Source: the human T2T-CHM13v2.0 reference genome, Homo sapiens
DNA: 64,000 nucleotides
Assembly (NCBI RefSeq): GCF_009914755.1
Contig: NC_060945.1
Strand: one strand, 5' to 3'
Under the pieces are notes generated by a model. That model searched no databases. It worked only from the letters and a program-made list of their open reading frames with translations, and was not told the origin of the DNA. This document shows, one piece after another, positions 42,301 through 56,100 of the stretch. The translations under genes and the position numbers were made by a program. The first letter of the stretch is position 1. Every line of letters begins with the position of its first letter.

Positions 42301-45300
42301 TATTGTGACATATCTATGCGCTGATCACCTTAGTGATGTAACACTTGTGTAGGCTCGGCCTACAGGGGAATATTGACATATCTCTGCACTGTTAACCGAG
42401 GTGATTTAACTCTTGTCTAGGCTGTGCCCACAGGGGGATTGAGACATGTCTCTGCACTGATCCCGAGGTGATCCAACTGTTGCCTGGTCTCTGCCTACTG
42501 GGGACATTGTGACATATCTCTGCACTGATCTCCCAGGTGCTGTAACTTTAGTCTAGGCTCTGGCTACACGGCATTGTGACATATCACTGCACTGATCACC
42601 CAGGTGATATAAATCTTGTCTAGGCTCTGCCTACAATGACCTTGTGACATATCTCTGCACTGATCACCCAGGTGATATAACTCTTCTCTAGGATCTGACC
42701 ACAGGGTGCTTTGTGGCGTTTCCCTGCAATGATCACCGAGGTGATATACCACTTGTCAAGGCTCTGCCTACAGGGGCATTGCAACGTATCTCTGCACTGA
42801 TCACCTCGGTCTTGTAACTCTTTTCTAGGATCTGCCCACAGGGTGCCTTGTGACGTATCCCAGCAAGGATTACCCAGGTGATGTATCTCTCATCAAGGCT
42901 CTGCCTACAGGCACATTGCGATGTATCTCTGCACTGATCACCTAGGTCATGTAACTTTTGTCTAGGCTCTGCCTACGATGGCATTGTGACATATCTCTGC
43001 ACTAATCATCCAAGTGATGTAACCCTTGTCTAGGATCTGCCTAAATTAACTTTGTGACATAACCCTGTACTGATCATCCAGGTGATGGGGCTTTTGTCTA
43101 GGCTCTGCCTAAGGGGGCATTGTGACATATTTCTGCATTGATCACCCAGGTGGCGAACTCTTCTCTTGGATCTGCTATGGGGGCATTGTGACAAATCTCT
43201 GCACTGATCACCCAGGTGATGTAACTGTTGTGTAACCTCTGCCTACAGGGGAATTGTGAGAGATCTCGCCACTGATCACCCAAGTGATGTAACCATTGTC
43301 TAGGCTTTGCGTACAGGGGGCTTTGTGACATACCTTTGCACTGATCACCCAGGTGATGTAACACATCTAAGTTCGGCCTAAAGGAGCTTTGTGACATATC
43401 TCTGCACTGATCACTTAGGTGATGGAACACTTTTATAAGCACTGCCTACAGGGAATTTTGACAAATCTCTGCACTGATCACCTAGGTGATGTAACTCTTG
43501 TCTACCCTCTGTCCAACGGGGCATTGTGAAATATCTCTGCACTGATCACCCAGGTGATTCAACTCTTGACTAGGATCTGCCTACAGAGGTTATTGTGAAA
43601 TATCTCTGCACTGATAAACTAGGTGGTGTAATCCTTATCGAAGCTCTGCCTACAGGGGCGTTTTCACATATCCCTGAAGTGATGACAAAGGTGATGTAAC
43701 TCTTGCCTAGGCTTTGCCTACAGGGGACATAGGACATATATCTGCACTGATCACCCAGGTGATGCAACTCTAGCCTAGGCTTTGCCTACAGGGGACATTG
43801 TGACATATCGCTTCAATGATCACCCATGTGATGCAACTCTTGCCTTGGCTTTGACTACAGGGGACATTGTGACATATCTCTGCACTGATCTCCCAGGTGC
43901 TGTAACTTTAGTCTAGGCTCTGGCTACACGGCACTGTGACATATCACTGCACTGATCAACCAGGTGATATAACTCTTGTCTAGGCCCTGCCTACAGGGGG
44001 CTTGTGACATATCTCTGCACTGATCACCCAGGTGATATAACTCTTCTCTAGGATCTGCCTACAGGGTGCTTTGCGACATATCCCTGCACTGATCACCCAG
44101 GTGATCTAACTCTTGTTTAAGCTCTGCCTAAAGGGGCATTGTGACAGACGTGTGCACTGATCACTAAGGTGATGTAACTATTGTCTAGGCTCTGCTTAAA
44201 GGGGCCTTGTCACATACCTCTGCACTGATAACCCAGGTGATGTAACTCTTGTCTAGGCTCTGCTTCCAGGGCATATTGTGACATAACTATGCACTGATCA
44301 CCTTAGTGATGTAACACTTGTGTAGGCTCTGCCTACAGAGGAATCTTGACATATCTCTGCACTGTTAAACGAGGTGATTTAACTCTTGTCTAGGCTGTGC
44401 CCACAGGGGGATTGAGACATATCTCTGCACTGATCCCGAGGTGATCCAACTCTTGCCTGGTCTCTGCCTACTGGGGACATTGTGACATATCTCTGCTCTG
44501 ATCTCCCAGGTGCTGTAAATTTTGTCTAGGCTCTGGCTACACGGCATTGTGACTTATCACTGCACTGATCACCCAGGCGATACAACTCTTGTCTAAGCTC
44601 TGCCTACAATGGTCTTGTGACATATCTCTGCACTGATCACCCAGGTGATATAACTCTTCTCTAGGATCTGACCACGGGGTGCTTTGTGACATATCCCTGC
44701 AATGATCACCCAGGTGATATACCACTTGCCAAGGCTCTGCTTACAGGGGCATTGCAATGTATCTCTGCACTGATCACCTAGGTCTTGTAGCTATCTTCTA
44801 GGATCTGCCTACAGGGTGCTTTGTGACGGGTCCCAGCAAGGATTACCCAGGTGATGTACCTCTCATCAAGGCTCTGCCTACAGGCACATTGCGATATATC
44901 TCTGCACTGATCACCTAGGTCACGTAACTTTTGTCTAGGCTCTACCTACGATGGTATTGTGACATATCTCTGCACTAATCATCCAAGTGATGTAACACTT
45001 GTCTAGGATGTGCCTAAATTAAATTTTTGACATAACCCTGTACTGATCATCCAGGTGATGGGGCTTTTGTCTAGGCTCTGCCTAAGGGGGCATTGTGACA
45101 TATTTCTGCATTGATCACCCAGGTGGCGAACTCTTCTCTCGGATCTGCCTATGGGGGCATTGTGAGAAATCTCTGCACTGATCACCCAGGTGATGTAACT
45201 GTTGTGTAACCTCTGCCTACAGGGGAATTGTGAGAGATCTCCCCACTGATTACCCAAGTGATGTAACCATTGTCTAGGCTTTGCGTACAGGGGGCTTTGT

Positions 45301-47126
45301 GACATACCTTTGCACTGATCAACCAGGTGATGTAACACATCTAAGTTCGGCCTAAAGGAGCTTTGTGACACATCTCTGCACTGATCACTTAGGTGATGTA
45401 ACACTTTTATAATCACTGCCTACAGGGAATTTTGACAAATCTCTGCACTGATCACCTAGGTGATGTAACTCTTGTCTACCCTCTGTCCAACGGGGCATTG
45501 TGAAATATCTCAGCACTGAACACCCAGGTGATTCAACTCTTGACTAGGAACTGCCTACAGAGGTTATTGTGAAATATCTCTGCACTGATAAACTAGGTGG
45601 TGTAACCCTTGTCCAAGCTCTGCCTACAGGGGCGTTTCCACATATCCCTGAACTGATGACAAAGGTGATGTAACTCTTGCCTAGGCTTTGCCTACAGGGG
45701 CATTGGACATATATCTGCACTGATCACCCAGGTGATGCAACTCTTGCCTAGGCTTTGCCTACAGGGGACATTGTGACATATCTCTTCAATGATCACTCAT
45801 GTGACGCAACTCTAGCCTAGGCTTTGCCTACGGGGGACATTGTGACATATCTCTGCACTGATCTCCCAGGTACTGTAACTTTAGTCTAGGCTCTGGCTAC
45901 ACGGCATTGTGACATATCACTGCACTGATCAACCAGGTGATATAACTCTTGTATAGGCTCTGCCTACAGGGGGATTGTGACCTACCTCTGCACTGATCAC
46001 CCAGGTGATACAACTCTTCTCTAGGATCTGCCTACAGGGTGCTTTGTGACATATCCCTGCACTGATCACCCAGGTGATCTAACTCTGGTCTAAACTCTGC
46101 CTAAAGGGGCATTGTGACAGATCTCTGCACTGATCACTCAGGTGATGTAACTATTGTCTAGGCTCTGCTTCAAGGGGGCTTGTCACATATCTCTGCACTG
46201 ATCACCCAGGTGATGTAACTCTTGTCGAGGTTCTGCTTCCAGGGCATATTGTGACATATCTATGCACTGATCACCTTAGTGATGTAACACTTTTGTAGGC
46301 TCGGCCTACAGGGGAATCTTGACATATCTCTGCACTGTTAACCGAGGTGATTTAACTCTTGTCTAGGCTGTGCCCACAGAGGGATTGAGACATATCTCTG
46401 CACTGATCCCGAGGTGATACAACTCTTGCCTGGTCTCTGCCTACTGTGGACATTGTGACATATCTCTGCACTGATCTCCCTGGTGCTGTAACTTTAGTCT
46501 AGGCTCTGGGTACACGGCATTGTGACATATCACTGCACTGATCACCCAGGCGATACAACTCTTGTCTAGGCTCTGCCTACAATGGTCTTGTGACATATCT
46601 CTGCACTGATCACCCAGGTGATATAACTCTTCTCTAGGATCTGACCACACGGTGCTTTGTGACATATTCCTGCAATGATCACCCAGGAGATATACCACTT
46701 GCCAAGGCTCTGCCTACAGGGGCATTGTAATGTATCTCTGCACTGATCACCAAGGTCTTGTAGCTATTTTCTAGGATCTGCCTACAGGGTGCTTTGTGAC
46801 GTGTCCCAGCAAGGATTACCCAGGTGATATACCTCTCATCAAGGCTCTGCCTACAGGCACATTGCGATATATCTCTGCACTGATCACCTAGGTCATGTAA
46901 CTTTTGACTAGGCTCTACCTACGATGGCATTGTGACATATCTCTGCACTAATCATCCAAGTGATGTAACACTTGTCTAGGATGTGCCTAAATTAACTTTT
47001 TGACATAACCCTGTACTGATCATCCAGGTGATGGGGCTTTTGTCTAGGCTCTGCCTAACGGGGCATTGTGACATATTTCTGCATTGATCACCCAGGTGGC
47101 GAACTCTTCTCTCGGATCTGCCTATG

Positions 47127-50100
47127 GGGGCATTGTGAGAAATCTCTGCACTGATCACCCAGGTGATGTAACTGTTGTGTAACCTCTGCCTACAGGGGAA
47201 TTGTGAGAGATCTCGCCACTGATTACCCAAGTGATGTAACCATTGTCTAGGCTTTGCGTACAGGGGCTTTGTGACATACCTTTTCACTGATCACCCAGGT
47301 GATGTAACACATCTAAGTTCGGCCTAAAGGAGCTTTGTGACATATCTCTGCACTGATCACTTAGGTGATGTAACACTTTTATAATCACTGCCTACAGGGA
47401 ATTTGACGAATCTCTGCACTCATCACCTAGGTGATGTAACTCTTGTCTACCCTCTGTCCAACGGGGCATTGTGAAATATCTCTGCACTGATCACCCAGGT
47501 GATTCAACTCTTGACTAGGAACTGCCTACAGAGGTTATTGTGAAATATCTCTGCACTGATAAACTAGGTGGTGTAACCCTTGTCCAAACTCTGCCTACAG
47601 GGGCGTTTCCACATATCCCTGAACTGATGACAAAGGTGATGTAACACTTGCCTAGGCTTTGCCTACAGGGGACATTGGACATATATCGGCACTGATCACC
47701 CAGGTGATGCAACTCTTGCCTAGGCTTTGCCTACAGGGGACATTGTGACATATCTCTTCAATGATCACTCATGTGATGCAACTCTAGCCTAGGCTTTGCC
47801 TACGGGGGACATTGTGACATATCTCTGCACTGATCTCCCAGGTACTTTAACTTTAGTCTAGGCTCTGGCTACACGTTATTGTGACATATCACTGCACTGA
47901 TCAACCAGGTGATATAACTCTTGTATAGGCTCTGCCTACAGGGGGATTGTGACCTACCTCTGCACTGATCACCCAGGTGATATAACTCTTCTCTAGGATC
48001 TGCCTACAGGGTGCTTTGTGACATATCCCTGCACTGATCACCCAGGTGATCTAACACCGGTCTAAGCTCTGCCTAAAGGGGCATTGTGACAGATCTCTGC
48101 ACTGATCACTCAGGTGACGTAACTATTGTCTAGGCTCTGCTTAAAGGGGCCTTGTCACATATCTCTGCACTGATCACCCAGGTGATGTAACTATTGTCTA
48201 GGCTCTGCTTCCAGGGCATATTGTGACATATCTATGCACTGATCACCTTAGTGATGTAACACTTGTGTAGGCTCGGCCTACAGGGGAATCTTGACATATC
48301 TCTGCACTCTTAAACGAGGTGATTTAACTCTTGTCCAGGCTGTGCCCACAGTGGGATTGAGACATATCTCTGCACTGATCCCGAGGTGATCCAACTCTTG
48401 CCTGGTCTCTGCCTACTGGGGACATTGTGACATATCTCTGCACTGATCTCCCAGGTGCTGTAAATTTAGTCTACGCTCTGGCTACACGGCATTGTGACAT
48501 ATCACTGCACTGATCACCCAGGCGATACAACTCTTGTCTAGGCTCTGCCTACAATGAACTTGTGACATATCTCTGCACTGATCACCCATGTGATATAACT
48601 CTTCTCTAGGATCTGACCACACGGTGCTTTGTGACATATCCCTGCAATGATCACCCAGGTGATATACCACTTGCCAAGGCTCTGCCTACAGGGGCATTGC
48701 AATGTATCTCTGCACTGATCACCTAGGTCTTGTAGCTAATTTCTAGGATCTGCCTACAGGGTGCTATGTGACGTGTCCCAGCAAGGATTACCCAGGTGAT
48801 GTACCTCTCATCAAGGCTCTGCCTAAAGGCACATTGCGATATATCTCTGCACTGATCACCTAGGTCATGTAACTTTTGTCTAGGATCTACCTAAGATGGC
48901 ATTGTGACATATCTCTGCACTAATCATCCAAGTGATGTAACACTTGTCTAGGATGTGCCTAAATTAACTTTTTGACATAACCCTGTACTGATCATCCAGG
49001 TGATGGGGCTTTTGTCTAGGCTCTGCCTAAGGGGGCATTGTGACATATATCTGCATTGATCACCCAGGTGGCGAACTCTTCTCTCGGATCTGCCTATGGG
49101 GGCATTGTGAGAAATCTCTGCACTGATCACCCAGGTGATGTAATTGTTGTGTAACCTCTGCCTACACGGGAATTGTGAGAGATCTCGCCACTGATTACCC
49201 AAGTGATGTAACCATTGTCTAGGCTTTGCCTACAGGGGGCTTTGTGACATAACTTTGCACTGATCACCCAGGTGATGTAACACATCTAAGTTCGGGCTAA
49301 AGGAGCTTTGTGACACATCTCTGCACTGATCACTTAGGTGATGTAACACTTTTATAATCACTGCCTACAGGGAATTTGACGAATCTCTGCACTGATCACC
49401 TAGGTGATGTAACTCTTGTCTACCCTCTGTCCAACGGGGCATTGTGAAATATCTCTGCACTGAACACCCACGTGATTCAAATCTTGACTAGAAACTGCCT
49501 ACAGAGGTTATTGTGAAATATCTCTGCACTGATAAACTAGGTTGTGTAACCCTTCTCCAAGCTGTGCCTACAGTGGCGTTTCCACATATCCCTGAACTGA
49601 TGACAAAGGTGATGTAACTCTTGCCTAGGCTTTGCCTACAGGGGACATTGGACATATATCTACACTGATCACCCAGGTGATGCAACTCTTGCCTAGGCTT
49701 TGTCTACAGGGGACATTGTGACATATCTCTTCAATGATCACTCATGTGATGCATCTCTTGCCTAGGCTTTGCCAACAGGGGACATTGACATATCTCTGCA
49801 CTGATCTCCCAGGTGCTGTAACTTTAGTCTAGGCTCTGGCTACACGGCATTGTGACATATCACTGCACTGATCAACCAGGTGATATAACTCTTGTATAGG
49901 CTCTGCCTACATGGGGATTGTGACATACATCTGCACTGATCACCCAGGTGATATAACTCTTCTCTAGGATCTGCCTACAGGGTGCTTTGTGACATATCGC
50001 TGCACTGATCACCCAGGTGACCTAACTCTGGTCTAAGCTCTGCCTAAAGGGGCATTGTGACAGATCTCTGCACTGATCACTCAGGTGATGTAACTGTTGT

Positions 50101-53100
50101 CTAGTCTCTGTTTAAAGGGGCCTTGTCACATATCCCTGCACTGATTACCCAGGTGATGTAACTCTTGTCTAGGCTCTGCTTCCAGGGCATATTGTGACAT
50201 AACTATGCACTGATCACCTTATTGATGTAACACTTGTGTAGGCTCGGCCTACAGGGGAATCTTGACATATCTCTGCACTGTTAACCGAGGTGATTTAACT
50301 CTTGTCTAGGCTGTGCCCACAGGGGGATTGAGACATATCTCTGCACTGATCCCGAGGTGATCCAACTCTTGCCTGGTCTCTGCCTACTGGGGACATCGTG
50401 ACATATCTCTGCACTGATCTCCCAGGTGCTGTAAATTTTGTCTAGGCTCTGGCTACACGGTATTGTGACATATCACTGCACTGATCACCCAGGCGTTACA
50501 ACTCTTGTCTAGGCTCTGCCTACAATGGTCTTGTGACATATCTCTGCACTGATCACCCAGGTGATGTAACTCTTCTCTAGGATCTGACCACGGGGTGCTT
50601 TGTGACATATCCCTGCAATGATCACCCAGGTGATATACCACCTGCCAAGGCTCTGCCTACAGGGGCATTGCAATGTATCTCTGCACTGATCACCTAGGTC
50701 TTGTAGCTATTTTCTAGGATCTGCCTACAGGGTGCTTTGTGACGGGTCCCAGCAAGGATTACCCAGGTGATGTACCTCTCATCAAGGCTCTGCCTACAGG
50801 CACATTGCGATATATCTCTGCACTGATCACCTAGGTCATGTAACTTTTTTCTAGGCTCTACCTACGATGGTATTGTGACATATCTCTGCACTAATCATCC
50901 AAGTGATGTAACACTTGTCTAGGATGTGCCTAAATTAACTTTTTGACATAACCCTGTACTGATCATCCAGGTGATGGGGCTTTTGTCTAGGCTCTGCCTA
51001 AGGGGGCATTGTGACATATTTCTGCATTGATCACCCAGGTGGCGAACTCTTCTCTCGGATCTGCCTATGGGGGCATTGTGAGAAATCTCTGCACTGATCA
51101 CCCAGGTGATGTAACTGTTGTGTAACCTCTGCCTACAGGGGAATGGTGAGAGATCTCGCCACTGATTACCCAAGTGATGTAACCATTGTCTAGGCTTTGC
51201 GTACAGGGGGCTTTGTGACATACCTTTGCACTGATCACCCAGGTGATGTAACACATCTAAGTTCGGCCTAAAGGAGCTTTGTGACACATCTCTGCACTGA
51301 TCACTTAGGTGATGTAACACTTTTATAATCACTGCCTACAGGGAATTTTGACAAATCTCTGCACTGATCACCTAGGTGATGTAACTCTTGTCTACCCTCT
51401 GTCCAACGGGGCATTGTGAAATATCTCAGGACTGAACACCCAGGTGATTCAACTCTTGACTAGGAACTGCCTACAGAGGTTATTGTGAAATATCTCTGCA
51501 CTGATAAACTAGGTGGTGTAACCCTTGTCCAAGCTCTGCCTACAGGGGCGTTTCCACATATCCCTGAACTGATGACAAAGTGATGTAACTCTTGCCTAGG
51601 CTTTGCCTACAGGGGCATTGGACATATATCTGCACTGATCACCCAGGTGATGCAACTCTTGCCTAGGCTTTGCCTACAGGGGACACTGTGACATATCTCT
51701 TCAATGATCACTCATGTGATGCATCTCTTGCCTAGGCTTTGCCAACAGGGGACATTGTGACATATCTCTGCACTGATCTCCCTGGTACTGTAACTTTAGT
51801 CTAGGCTCTGGCTACACAGCATTGTGACATATCACTGCACTGATCAACCAGGTGATATAACTCTTGTATAGGCTCTGCCTACAGGGGGATTGTGACCTAC
51901 CTCTGCACTGATCACCCAGGTGATATAACTCTTCTCTAGGATCTGCCTACAGGGTGCTTTGTGACATATCCCTGCACTGATCACCCAGGTGACCTAACTC
52001 TGTTCTAAGCTCTGCCTAAAGGGGCATTGTGACAGATCTCTGCACTGATCACTCAGGTGATGTAACTATTGTCTAGGCTCTGCTTAAAGGGGCCTTGTCA
52101 CATATCCCTGCACTGATCACCCAGGTGATGTAACTCTTGTCTAGGCTCTGCTTCCAGGGCATATTGTGACATAACTATGCACTGATCACCTTAGTGATGT
52201 AACACTTGTGTAGGCTCGGCCTACAGAGGAATCTTGACATATCTCTGCACTGTTAAACGAGGTGATTTAACTCTTGTCTAGGCTGTGCCCACAGGGGGAT
52301 TGAGACATATCTCTGCACTGATCCCGAGGTGATCCAACTCTTGCCTGGTCTCTGCCTACTGGGGACATTGTGACATATCTCTGCACTGATCTCCCAGGTG
52401 CTGTAAATTTTGTCTAGGCTCTGGCTACACGGCATTGTGACTTATCACTGCACTGATCACCCAGGCGATACAACTCTTGTCTAGGCTCTGCCTACAATGG
52501 TCTTGTGACATATCTCTGCACTGATCACCCAGGTGATATAACTCTTCTCTAGGATCTGACCACGGGGTGCTTTGTGACATATCCCTGCAATGATCACCCA
52601 GGTGATATACCACTTGCCAAGGCTCTGCTTACAGGGGCATTGCAATGTATCTCTGCACTGATCACCTAGGTCTTGTAGCTATTTTCTAGGATCTGCCTAC
52701 AGGGTGCTTTGTGACGGGTCCCAGCAAGGATTACCCAGGTGATGTACCTCTCATCAAGGCTCTGCCTACAGGCACATTGCGATATATCTCTGCACTGATC
52801 ACCTAGGACATGTAACTTTTGTCTAGGCTCTACGTACGATGGTATTGTGACATATCTCTGCACTAATCATCCAAGTGATGTAACACTTGTCTAGGATGTG
52901 CCTAAATTAACTTTTTGACATAACCCTGTACTGATCATCCAGGTGATGGGGCTTTTGTCTAGGCTCTGCCTAAGGGGGCATTGTGACATATTTCTGCATT
53001 GATCACCCAGGTGGCGAACTCTTCTCTCGGATCTGCCTATGGGGGCATTGTGAGAAATCTCTGCACTGATCACCCAGGTGATGTAACTGTTGTGTAACAT

Positions 53101-56100
53101 CTGCCTACAGGGGAATTGTGAGAGATCTCCCCACTGATTACCCAAGTGATGTAACCATTGTCTAGGCTTTGCGTACAGGGGGCTTTGTGACATACCTTTG
53201 CACTGATCACCCAGGTGATGTAACACATCTAAGTTCGGCCTAAAGGAGCTTTGTGACACATCTCTGCACTGATCACTTAGGTGATGTAACACTTTTATAA
53301 TCACTGCCTACAGGGAATTTTGACAAATCTCTGCACTGATCACCTAGGTGATGTAACTCTTGTCTACCCTCTGTCCAACGGGGCATTGTGAAATATCTCA
53401 GCACTGAACACCCAGGTGATTCAACTCTTGACTAGGAACTGCCTACAGAGGTTATTGTGAAATATCTCTGCACTGATAAACTAGGTGGTGTAACCCTTGT
53501 CCAAGCTATGCCTACAGGGGCGTTTCCACATATCCCTGAACTGATGACAAAGGTGATGCAACTCTTGCCTATGCTTTGCCTACAGGGACATTGGACATAT
53601 ATCTGCACTGATCACCCAGGTCATGCAACTCCTGCCTAGGCTTTGCCTACAGGGGACACTGTGACATATCTCTTCAATGATCTCTCATGTGATGCATCTC
53701 TTGCCTAGGCTTTGCCAACAGGGGACATTGTGACATATCTCTGCACTGATCTCCCTGGTACTGTAACTTTAGTCTAGGCTCTGGCTAAACGGCATTGTGA
53801 CATATCAATGCACTGATCAACCAGGTGATATAACTCTTGTATAGGCTCTGCCTACAGGGGGCTTGTGACCTACCTCTGCACTGATCACCCAGGTGATATA
53901 ACTCTTCTCTAGGATCTGCCTACAGGGTGCTTTGTGACATATCCCTGCACTGATCACCCAGGTGACCTAACTCTGGTCTAAGCTCTGCCTAAAGGGGCAT
54001 TGTGACAGATCTCTGCACTGATCACTCAGGTGATGTAACTATTGTCTAGGCTCTGATTAAAGGGGCCTTGTCACATATCCCTGCACTGATCACACAGGTG
54101 ATGTAACTCTTGTGTAGACTCTGCTTCCTGGGCATATTGTGACACAACTATGCACTGATCACCTTAGTGATGTAACACTTGTGTAGGCTCGGCCTACAGA
54201 GGAATCTTGACATATCTCTGCACTGTTAAACGAGGTGATTTAACTCTTGTCTAGGCTGTGCCCACAGGGGGATTGAGACATATCTCTGCACTGATCCCGA
54301 GTTGATCCAACTCTTGCCTGGTCTCTGCCTACTGGGGACATTGTGACATATCTCTGCACTGATCTCCCAGGTGCTGTAAATTTTGTCTAGGCTCTGGCTA
54401 CACGGCATTGTGACTTATCACTGCACTGATCACCCAGGCGATACAACTCTTGTCTAGGCTCTGCCTACAATGGTCTTGTGACATATCTCTGCACTGATCA
54501 CCCAGGTGATATAACTCTTCTCTAGGATCTGACCACGGGGTGCTTTGTGACATATCCCTGCAATGATCACCCAGGTGATATACCACTTGCCAAGGCTCTG
54601 CTTACAGCGGCATTGCAATGTATCTCTGTACTGATCACCTAGGTCTTCTAGCTATTTTCTAGGATCTGCCTACAGGGTGCTTTGTGACGGGTCCCAGCAA
54701 GGATTACCCAGGTGATGTACCTCTCATCAAGGCTCTGCCTACAGGCACATTGCGATATATCTCTGCACTGATCACCTAGGTCACGTAACTTTTGTCTAGG
54801 CTCTACCTACGATGGTATTGTGACATATCTCTGCACTAATCATCCAAGTGATGTAACACTTGTCTAGGATGTGCCTAAATTAACTTTTTGACATAACCCT
54901 GTACTGATCATCCAGGTGATGGGGCTTTTGTCTAGGCTCTGCCTAAGGGGGCATTGTGACATATTTCTGCATTGATCAGCCAGGTGGCGAACCCTTCTCT
55001 CGGATCTGCCTATGGGGGCATTGTGAGAAATCTCTGCACTGATCACCCAGGTGATGTAACTGTTGTGTAACCTCTGCCTACAGGGGAATTGTGAGAGATC
55101 TCCCCACTGATTACCCAAGTGATGTAACCATTGTCTAGGCTTTGCGTACAGGGGGCTTTGTGACATACCTTTGCACTGATCACCCAGGTGATGTAACACA
55201 TCTAAGTTCGGCCTAAAGGAGCTTTGTGACACATCTCTGCACTGATCACTTAGGTGATGTAACTCTTGTCTACCCTCTGTCCAACGGGGCATTGTGAGAA
55301 ATCTCTGCACTGATCACCCAGGTGATGTAACTGTTGTGTAACCTCTGCCTACAGGGGAATTGTGAGAGATCTCGCCACTGATTACCCAAGTGATGTAACC
55401 ATTGTCTAGGCTTTGCGTACAGGGGCTTTGTGACATACCTTTTCACTGATCACCCAGGTGATGTAACACATCTAAGTTCGGCCTAAAGGAGCTTTGTGAC
55501 ATATCTCTGCACTGATCACTTAGGTGATGTAACACTTTTATAATCACTGCCTACAGGGAATTTGACGAATCTCTGCACTCATCACCTAGGTGATGTAACT
55601 CTTGTCTACCCTCTGTCCAACGGGGCATTGTGAAATATCTCTGCACTGATCACCCAGGTGATTCAACTCTTGACTAGGAACTGCCTACAGAGGTTATTGT
55701 GAAATATCTCTGCACTGATAAACTAGGTGGTGTAACCCTTGTCCAAACTCTGCCTACAGGGGCGTTTCCACATATCCCTGAACTGATGACAAAGGTGATG
55801 TAACACTTGCCTAGGCTTTGCCTACAGGGGACATTGGACATATATCGGCACTGATCACCCAGGTGATGCAACTCTTGCCTAGGCTTTGCCTACAGGGGAC
55901 ATTGTGACATATCTCTTCAATGATCACTCATGTGATGCAACTCTAGCCTAGGCTTTGCCTACGGGGGACATTGTGACATATCTCTGCACTGATCTCCCAG
56001 GTACTTTAACTTTAGTCTAGGCTCTGGCTACACGTTATTGTGACATATCACTGCACTGATCAACCAGGTGATATAACTCTTGTATAGGCTCTGCCTACAG

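Larger units (their letters stand above)
1..43860. repeat. HOR sub-family 1 block (~22 HOR copies)
   Basis: Diagnostic variants shared by these units: cttatcgaagct, ataagcactgcc, ctcttggatc, tttcacggcatatt, ggatctgcctaaa, acattagtctagactc, gatggaacac. Confidence 0.9.

Noticed and set aside
53457-53639. Plus-strand 60-aa ORF (copy at 61616-61798)
   Set aside because: A chance open frame produced by private SNPs and a 1-bp deletion. It appears twice only because of the 8,159-bp duplication.
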